This document shows positions 1 through 5,455 of a stretch of DNA of 20,000 nucleotides, piece by piece. This DNA is from an uncultured virus (IMG/VR IMGVR_UViG_3300048836_000122) (taxonomy: Duplodnaviria > Heunggongvirae > Uroviricota > Caudoviricetes), in IMG/VR virus record IMGVR_UViG_3300048836_000122. The stretch is one strand, 5' to 3'. The notes beneath the pieces are model-generated. The model saw only the letters and a list, made by a program, of their open reading frames with translations. It made no database searches and was not told the DNA's origin. Both the position numbers and the translations under genes were made by a program. The stretch's first letter is position 1; every line of letters starts with the position of its first letter.

Positions 1-80
1 GGTTAGGTAGTGGTAAAAGTAAAGAGCGTTCAGTAACTTACCAGGGGATTGCTGATGCTATTGCGGAACAATGGACGTAG
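1..80 (+). CDS. 3' end of a phage DNA cytosine methyltransferase-like protein (partial; cassette 1 of the array)
   Basis: Frame from nt 3 reads LGSGKSKERSVTYQGIADAIAEQWT* (TAG 78-80), resembling the C-terminal RSxTxxGIAxAxAEQW motif of small phage methyltransferase-like proteins. Only 25 codons are visible. Confidence 0.55.
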   Translation, partial: LGSGKSKERSVTYQGIADAIAEQWT

Positions 81-86
81 TATTAT

Positions 87-218
87 GGCTAACGTTTCGC
101 ATATTGCCGAAGGTGGCAATTTCGGAGCAGAAAACTTGAAACTTAAATAAATGTTTAACCGAAGCAAAAATGTTCACTTAACCACAGACCTGCCACTTTT
201 GGCAATATGCTGTTATGT
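87..218. repeat. attC-like hairpin site 1
   Basis: GGCTAAC (87-93); left arm GCATATTGCCGAAGGTGGCA (99-118) pairs with right arm TGCCACTTTTGGCAATATGC (191-210) with 2 G.T pairs; GTTATGT at 212-218. Confidence 0.8.
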
Positions 219-245
219 GCCGTTTTTCTTCACAAATTAATAAAT

Positions 246-503
246 ATGAACTGGAAAAGATACCGTTTAAAAACTTATGCTGTTAGCGACAACAGACCGT
301 TAATCTTCAATCCTAAATATCCTTGGTGGTGTTCAGGTTATGGTGAAGATGAAAAAGGCGAATACTCTGTAATAATTGCGTATTTACCAAAGGATGAAGA
401 TTTATTAAAGTATTGGGATGATGCTTTTGATGTGGAATTTACAGAAGAAGAAAGCATAAGTTTTTCTGATAGATTTCCGAAACCGAGTTACTTCGTGTCT
501 TAA
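246..503 (+). CDS. hypothetical protein (cassette 2)
   Basis: 85-aa ORF from ATG 246 after an AT-rich leader; alternative in-frame ATG at 207 in the hairpin arm; the stop overlaps the cassette terminal inverted repeat. Confidence 0.8.
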   Translation: MNWKRYRLKTYAVSDNRPLIFNPKYPWWCSGYGEDEKGEYSVIIAYLPKDEDLLKYWDDAFDVEFTEEESISFSDRFPKPSYFVS

Positions 504-506
504 AAT

Positions 507-604
507 GGCACATAACGTTTTGCGGCTTGGCGAAGGCTGCCTAACGATATTTTTAATATTCGCACGAATTTCATGGCAGCTTTTGCCAAACCGCTGTTAT
601 GTGC
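507..604. repeat. attC-like hairpin site 2
   Basis: GGCACATAAC (507-516); left arm GCGGCTTGGCGAAGGCTGCC (522-541) pairs with right arm GGCAGCTTTTGCCAAACCGC (575-594); GTTATGTGC at 596-604. Confidence 0.8.
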
Positions 605-660
605 TTCAAGAATACAAGCAATGGTTAATTGATAAACGTCTGGTTAAGGAGGTTCAGTAG
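598..660 (+). pseudogene. remnant 3' end of a cassette gene (deleted cassette 3)
   Basis: Reads YVLQEYKQWLIDKRLVKEVQ* with TAG directly before the next AAC site, as in the intact cassettes. The cassette is only ~78 bp and its two ends are not complementary. Confidence 0.45.
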
Positions 661-664
661 CCTT

Positions 665-781
665 GCAGGTAACGTTTAGTATAAAAAACAATAAACTTTC
701 GGATATGACAAACGATAATAAAAAACAAAAACTTTCGGACAGCACGGACACCGCTATTGACGGTTATACATTGTTACCTGC
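665..781. repeat. degenerate attC-like site 3
   Basis: GCAGGTAAC (665-673) ... GTTACCTGC (773-781); only GTATAA (679-684)/TTATAC (764-769) of the inner stem pairs, and the CGAAGG/CTTTTG motif is missing. Confidence 0.6.
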
Positions 782-980
782 CGTTTTTTGTCACAGGATT
801 AGAGCAGGAAAGTATTATGTCAAAATTGGCGAACACGAATACGAAATTTACAATCACGGGTATTATCCACCTGATAAATGTATTTGGTGGGAAGCGACAA
901 ACTTGAAAACGAATGAAGCTGATTTTCACGAACACACCAAATTTCAACTATTAGAAACTATGAAACGTGAACTGTCTTAA
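705..980 (+). CDS. hypothetical protein (cassette 4), start codon inside site 3
   Basis: 91-aa ORF MTNDNKKQK...TMKRELS; the only in-frame ATG within the cassette body is near the C-terminus; stop abuts the terminal inverted repeat. Confidence 0.7.
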   Translation: MTNDNKKQKLSDSTDTAIDGYTLLPAVFCHRIRAGKYYVKIGEHEYEIYNHGYYPPDKCIWWEATNLKTNEADFHEHTKFQLLETMKRELS

Positions 981-983
981 AAT

Positions 984-1118
984 GGCAGGTAACGGCTGAC
1001 GCTATACGAAGGCAGGGGTTAAGATGCACTCCCTTTCAGCCTTGCATAAATGATAAAAGATGCACACCGCTCACTTTAGCAGTACGCCCCTGCTTTTGTA
1101 TAGCGTATGTTATAGGGC
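984..1118. repeat. attC-like hairpin site 4
   Basis: GGCAGGTAAC (984-993); left arm ACGCTATACGAAGGCAGGGG (999-1018) pairs with right arm CCCCTGCTTTTGTATAGCGT (1087-1106) with 2 G.T pairs; GTTATAGGGC at 1109-1118. Confidence 0.8.
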
Positions 1119-1134
1119 GTTTTATTTTAATTGT

Positions 1135-1356
1135 ATGGAATTTTACGGAAGTATCAGAATAAAAAAAGCTGCCACTTTACAAAGTTGGATTGATAAGGGA
1201 TGGTATCAAAAAGAGATTGATAAGGGATATACATTTGCACCTGCTTGTGGTAGATTTCGTATTGGCAAGTGCGAATGTTCAAGATGTCAAAGACCTAACG
1301 GTGGATGGGAGAAGAAAGCTGTTTTGGAGCGTAACGGTCTTTTAAATGCCCTATAA
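1135..1356 (+). CDS. small Cys-rich hypothetical protein (cassette 5)
   Basis: 73-aa ORF with C-x7-CxCxxC, a possible metal site; upstream in-frame ATG at 1060 in the site 4 loop; TAA stop lies within the terminal ...CCCTATAAC. Confidence 0.7.
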   Translation: MEFYGSIRIKKAATLQSWIDKGWYQKEIDKGYTFAPACGRFRIGKCECSRCQRPNGGWEKKAVLERNGLLNAL

Positions 1357-1408
1357 CTCCTATATGTATCAAACCCTCACAATTTATTATAAACCAAACA
1401 ATTGCATT

Positions 1409-1633
1409 ATGAATATCGGAAAGTATGTACAACAGTATTCCGAAGACCTTCGGCTCAAGAATTACGCTGAGAATACCATCAGGAATTATGCCGCGCAGGT
1501 GGATTCCTTTCTTAGACATTTCCAGTCGGTGGCTACCAAACCCAGCGAAATATCTGAGCGACAGATCAAAGCATGGTTGGCTAAGACAATTAATACGCGT
1601 AAACATCGCTTATCAGTATTGGAAAGGTGTTAA
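1409..1633 (+). pseudogene. truncated tyrosine recombinase (N-terminal SAM-like domain only)
   Basis: MNIGKYVQQYSEDLRLKNYAENTIRNYAAQVDSFLRHF...PSEISERQIKAWL fits the LRxxxYSxxTIxxY...FL...P..I...I..WL pattern of integron/phage integrase N-terminal SAM-like domains. It stops after 74 aa and I see no catalytic domain downstream. Confidence 0.75.
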
Positions 1634-1696
1634 AGATGCGATTTCGTCTTTTTAGCATTTCCGATAACTTTCTAAACAGTTCAAAAAATTGAACCA

Positions 1697-2104
1697 ATGA
1701 AAGCAATACTAATTAGTATAATTTTCCTACCAATACTCGGATATGGACAGATGATGGACGATTTTAGACGTTACATCCGGGCAGATACGGTGAAGTTTGA
1801 CACTATAAGGTATTTAGAGGATATGGTTCGAGAGTCATGGTGTGATTCATCAGCAGATATAAGATATGATTTAGAGGATTTGATTATTATTGACAAGTGC
1901 GAAATAAGAGGCCATGTATGGACACCCCACTATGTTACTGACTTAGTGTATTATCCAAACGAGGCAAGACTGGTTGATTCCGATAGCATGACAGTAATGA
2001 TTTACCCTGCAAAATACTCGTTTGAGAAGTGTGTGAGGTGTGGGGAAATCAAAAAAACGAAGGAAAGTGATGAAATTCACAAATTACTTTGGAGGAAAAA
2101 GTAG
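1697..2104 (+). CDS. exported hypothetical protein with signal peptide
   Basis: MKAILISIIFLPILGYG|Q looks like an SPI signal followed by Gln; C...GHVW...CVRCG suggests a zinc site; DTV/DTI/DSM motifs. Confidence 0.7.
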   Translation: MKAILISIIFLPILGYGQMMDDFRRYIRADTVKFDTIRYLEDMVRESWCDSSADIRYDLEDLIIIDKCEIRGHVWTPHYVTDLVYYPNEARLVDSDSMTVMIYPAKYSFEKCVRCGEIKKTKESDEIHKLLWRKK

Positions 2105-2154
2105 TATCTTTGAGTACGCAACCATAACGAGTTTAGAATAGGAAAATAAGAAGC

Positions 2155-3351
2155 ATGATTAAGTCACACGTCATAAAACTACACCCCACAAAGGGGCAGG
2201 AGGCTTTCTTCCGAAAGTCCTCTGGCGTGTCACGTTTTGCCTACAACTGGGCTTTACAGCGATGGAAAGAGATTTACGAAGAAACAGGAAAGGGTACATC
2301 GGCTTATAGCCTGATTAAGGAGTTGAATAGTATAAAGCGAGAGGAGTTTCCATGGATGATGGAGGTTGGGAAGTGTGCGCCACAATATGCAATTCATAAC
2401 TTGGAAAGTGCATTTAAGCGATTCTTCAAGAAAAACGCCAAGTACCCTGTATTCAAGAAGAAGGGTCGGAAAGATTCTTTTGTGGCGGTTGAGAATAAAG
2501 AGCAATTCAAGCAGTCTGGACTAAAATTATGGATACCAAGATTGGGATGGGTGAGATGTGCGGAGGAGTTACGATTTAATGGGAAGGTAAATAACATGAC
2601 GGTGAAGCGCATAGCAAATATGTGGTTTGCCGTGGTAAACGTAGATACCCAGGTACAACCTACAGTATGTGAGAACCAAACTGTTGTAGGCGTGGACTTG
2701 GGTATTAAATATATGGCTGTGTGTAGCGATGGACGAGTATTCGAGAACCCCAAATCTCTTTCTAAGAGATTAGAGGCGTTGCGGACAGCGCAGCGAAAGT
2801 TGAGCCGGAAGCAGAAAGGTTCCTCCAATTGGAAAAAGCAGGTAGCACGAGTTGGCAGGATTCACTACAAAGTGACTTGCGCTCGAAAGAATGCAATACA
2901 CCAAGCAACGTCAGAGATAGTAAAATCGGCAGGCGTAATCGTATTGGAGGACTTAAATGTTAAGGGAATGGCCCGAAACAAAAAGTTGGCCAGAGCGGTT
3001 AGCGATGCAGGGATGGGTGAATTTCGCAGACAGATCGAGTACAAAGCATCATGGGCCGGAGTAGAGGTAGTAATTGTAGATCGGTGGTTTCCATCATCTC
3101 AATTAGACCACAAGACCGGAGAGCGACACAGCATCACACTAAAAGACCGAATGATATATCATTCGGATGGAACAAGTACATGCCGGGACTTAAATGCGGC
3201 AATGAACTTAAAGAACTACTATACCGGGAAAGTCTCGGGAATAAACGCCTCCGGAGTTGATGTAAGACCTGTTTTACAGGCAAGCGACGATGAACGAGGA
3301 ATTGGATTTGTTAACAATAAAATCTTAAAACTTTGGCTAAGATCATCTTAA
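2155..3351 (+). CDS. tnpB: RNA-guided endonuclease TnpB (IS200/IS605/IS607 family), no tnpA in window
   Basis: N-terminal IKLHPT...SRFAYNWAL, PVFKKK, RuvC motifs VGVDLG, VLEDLNV and RDLNAAMNL with all three acidic residues present. Confidence 0.95.
   Translation: MIKSHVIKLHPTKGQEAFFRKSSGVSRFAYNWALQRWKEIYEETGKGTSAYSLIKELNSIKREEFPWMMEVGKCAPQYAIHNLESAFKRFFKKNAKYPVFKKKGRKDSFVAVENKEQFKQSGLKLWIPRLGWVRCAEELRFNGKVNNMTVKRIANMWFAVVNVDTQVQPTVCENQTVVGVDLGIKYMAVCSDGRVFENPKSLSKRLEALRTAQRKLSRKQKGSSNWKKQVARVGRIHYKVTCARKNAIHQATSEIVKSAGVIVLEDLNVKGMARNKKLARAVSDAGMGEFRRQIEYKASWAGVEVVIVDRWFPSSQLDHKTGERHSITLKDRMIYHSDGTSTCRDLNAAMNLKNYYTGKVSGINASGVDVRPVLQASDDERGIGFVNNKILKLWLRSS
3220..3312 (+). ncRNA. probable omegaRNA scaffold / element right end overlapping the tnpB 3' end (boundaries approximate)
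   Basis: Hairpins CCGGGA-aag-TCTCGG (3224-3238) and CCTGT-ttt-ACAGG (3268-3280), CCTC (3248-3251)/GAGG (3296-3299) pairing, and an ACGCCT.GGAG...GTAAGACC...TGAAnnAGGAA layout typical of tnpB 3' ends. Confidence 0.6.
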
Positions 3352-3935
3352 ACGCAGGTCACGGAGGGATTACTTTAAAGAAAGGCTATGTAACGCCTGG
3401 GAAAAGAGGCCCACTTGGACACCGAGGACAAATCTTTGAAGGCATGAGCAACCGAGGCTTAGTACATGAGCTGGCGTATTTTCTTTCCTTAAAAGGCCAT
3501 ACAGTAGAAGTAATAAGTCACAGCACTCTTGATACATCAGTTGGATCAAGAGGTCGCTATGCCCAAGAAATCAAAGGAGACTTACTGTTGGACTTTCACT
3601 CGAATGCCATATCAGATGTAGAGTTCAGAGACTATACAGGCTTTGAACTATGGACAACCGAAGGAGAAACGCCAAGTGATCACTTTGCAAAGCACATAGC
3701 CAAGGGATTAAAATCATCCTATCCTCATGTAAGATGGCGGCATGGTCCGGGGATGGAGGACGACAAGGAAAAGAACTTTTCGTTAATTTACATGGCCGAA
3801 AAAGTCGGCACGAAAGCCGTCTTAGTAGAAACCTTGTTTATGGACGGAGTTCAGGACTACAATTATTTGACGGACGCTATGTGGAGGGCGAAGTATGTAG
3901 AGAATTTTTGCAACATAATTCACAAATACCAATGA
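3333..3935 (+). CDS. N-acetylmuramoyl-L-alanine amidase (Amidase_3), probable endolysin
   Basis: IILNAGHGG, E in IFEGMSN, DFHSNA and AVLVETLFMD are the Zn-ligand and catalytic motifs of Amidase_3; TTG start. Confidence 0.9.
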   Translation: MAKIILNAGHGGITLKKGYVTPGKRGPLGHRGQIFEGMSNRGLVHELAYFLSLKGHTVEVISHSTLDTSVGSRGRYAQEIKGDLLLDFHSNAISDVEFRDYTGFELWTTEGETPSDHFAKHIAKGLKSSYPHVRWRHGPGMEDDKEKNFSLIYMAEKVGTKAVLVETLFMDGVQDYNYLTDAMWRAKYVENFCNIIHKYQ

Positions 3936-3978
3936 AAACACTAATCCTATTCGTCCAAGCATCTGCAAAGCGAGTGAA

Positions 3979-4536
3979 ATGACGGCGGGTATTAATTATG
4001 TCCTTATCGAACCGGACCCGGATAATACCGATTTACATGGAGTGCGCATGAGTGGCGAATTTGACCAAGAACGAATGTGGTCGGTTTATGGCACGGTAAA
4101 AGCACTGCCATCAAAGCTGTGGTTTCATCCACTTACCGGCAACCTGGAAATTGATCGCTGGATCACCGACAAGAGTTTGGAATGGGAAACGGACATGGAA
4201 CTCAAAATAGGCGACCGAGTGCTATTCAGGTACAATGCCTGGATGGACGAAGAAGGCCTAAGCACCTCCGGCATGATGGTAAAATACGATGCGATATATG
4301 CCAAGCTGGATCCAGTTACTCCTTTAAACGGATATGTATTCGTAGATGACGAAGGGAATGTCAAGTATAAGGGAGGGTTAAACAAAAGGTATCTTCACTA
4401 TCCAGAAAGGGAAGATGGGGAAATCGGAACTAAAATATATCCTGTGAGGCGTAGCGTTCGCATGGAAGCAGACGAGTTTGCTAAAATGGGGTTACGCAGG
4501 ATGCAACGAAAAGAAATTTTGTGTTATGAAAAGTAA
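3979..4536 (+). CDS. GroES-like phage protein
   Basis: NYVLIEP...GTVKALP...ELKIGDRVLF...VKYDAIYA resembles a GroES fold, followed by a second partial repeat (PLNGYVFV). Confidence 0.6.
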   Translation: MTAGINYVLIEPDPDNTDLHGVRMSGEFDQERMWSVYGTVKALPSKLWFHPLTGNLEIDRWITDKSLEWETDMELKIGDRVLFRYNAWMDEEGLSTSGMMVKYDAIYAKLDPVTPLNGYVFVDDEGNVKYKGGLNKRYLHYPEREDGEIGTKIYPVRRSVRMEADEFAKMGLRRMQRKEILCYEK

Positions 4537-4762
4537 AAACGAAAGCTGGCCGACAGCAAAACCGACAATTGGAGAAGAAAGAGTACGGACGGACTTCAAC
4601 CCCTTAAAGAACGGCAGGATTGATGAAATTAAGCAAAAGACCGCTGAATTGATTAATTTGTGCGAAGAATTAAAGGCGAGGGACGGTCGATTAGCTTCAT
4701 TGGCTCAAACAGCTTATGAGGAGGCGGCAATGTGGGCGGTAAAAGCGACTTCAACCCCTTAA
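4526..4762 (+). CDS. small helical-hairpin protein, Acb2/Tad1-like candidate
   Basis: 78 aa; IDEIKQKTAELINLCEEL...RLASLAQTAYEEAAMWAVKA resembles the RxxxxAxTxxExAxMWxxKA hairpin of Acb2/Tad1-like phage proteins. Confidence 0.5.
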   Translation: MKSKNESWPTAKPTIGEERVRTDFNPLKNGRIDEIKQKTAELINLCEELKARDGRLASLAQTAYEEAAMWAVKATSTP

Positions 4763-4775
4763 AGGACGGCACGAT
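4592..4775 (+). repeat. 29-bp direct repeat (4592-4620 and 4747-4775)
   Basis: GACTTCAACCCCTTAAAGaACGGCAgGAT versus GACTTCAACCCCTTAAAGgACGGCAcGAT, 27/29 identical. Confidence 0.9.
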
Positions 4776-4829
4776 CAAGATACAAGAATTAAGATGAACT
4801 TATTTCTCCCGTGGATTACGAGAGAGCGG

Positions 4830-4863
4830 AGGGGATAGTCTGAGCAGCTATCCCCTTTTTTTT
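4830..4863 (+). terminator. intrinsic terminator
   Basis: AGGGGATAG (4830-4838)/CTATCCCCT (4848-4856) stem followed by a T run. Confidence 0.8.
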
Positions 4864-4893
4864 GCTATGTATGAAATAATATATATATCTTTG
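4861..4893 (+). promoter_or_regulatory. Bacteroidota primary-sigma promoter
   Basis: TTTG (4861-4864), 21 nt spacer, TATCTTTG (4886-4893) matches the TTTG-N19-21-TAnnTTTG consensus. Confidence 0.7.
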
Positions 4894-4897
4894 TACG

Positions 4898-5455
4898 GTG
4901 AAGTACCCAATAGTAAACGGAATGGCAAAGGCATATCCTGAACTTCAACCGTTACAGGACTACTACATGCGCGACATGTCTGCTAAAGAAGCAGATGGGT
5001 TGCTAAAATACTTCTCAGTCCTAACGGACAGAGAGAACAAAGAAAGGACAATCAAAGGGAGAGAAAACCTGGCGCTGAAAGCATCACCGGGAATTGAGAT
5101 CATCGTAAACGGATCCAGAGAACAAGGAGAAGCAAAGTACTCAAACAAGTACAATGAATATCTGACTTCATGGTTCAAAATCGTTTACGATATCAAATTA
5201 AGTATATGGTTTGGGCTCAAGACAGCACTACACAACCAGGTCAATTACTTATTACAACCATTGGACCAGACCGATGTAAATCGAGAGGCCGAAGGACGTA
5301 AGAAAATTGCAAAAGAAATCGAAGACCTGCAAGCCCGTGTAGAGCGAATGGAGCGAGACCTGTTTAATCCCGAACAGAAAAAGATTGTCAATGAAACTTT
5401 GGAGAAACATAGTTTTGCTGGTTATAGCGAGCTTTTTGCTATCAACCGTAACTAA
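4898..5455 (+). CDS. hypothetical helical protein (possible terminase small subunit, weak)
   Basis: 185-aa ORF, GTG start, C-terminal coiled coil; first gene after the promoter. The TerS idea rests on size and position only. Confidence 0.6.
   Translation: MKYPIVNGMAKAYPELQPLQDYYMRDMSAKEADGLLKYFSVLTDRENKERTIKGRENLALKASPGIEIIVNGSREQGEAKYSNKYNEYLTSWFKIVYDIKLSIWFGLKTALHNQVNYLLQPLDQTDVNREAEGRKKIAKEIEDLQARVERMERDLFNPEQKKIVNETLEKHSFAGYSELFAINRN

Noticed and set aside
87..1357. CRISPR array or simple terminators as the explanation for the repeated hairpins
   Set aside because: The units are not identical direct repeats, the intervening pieces are whole genes, the loops are tens of nt long, and the AAC/GTT cores and cassette-specific end repeats are not explained by either.
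2088..2112. Full Bacteroidota promoter for tnpB
   Set aside because: TAnnTTTG is present at 2105-2112, but the nearest TTTG is only 13 nt upstream, outside the usual spacing, so it is not listed as a feature.
2155..3351. Cas12f, or a catalytically dead TldR-type protein
   Set aside because: There is no adjacent CRISPR array or cas gene, and all three RuvC acidic residues are present.
3932..3982. 16-codon ORF MKTLILFVQASAKRVK bridging the amidase and GroES-like genes with ATGA overlaps
   Set aside because: It may be a coupling peptide or gene remnant but is too short to support.
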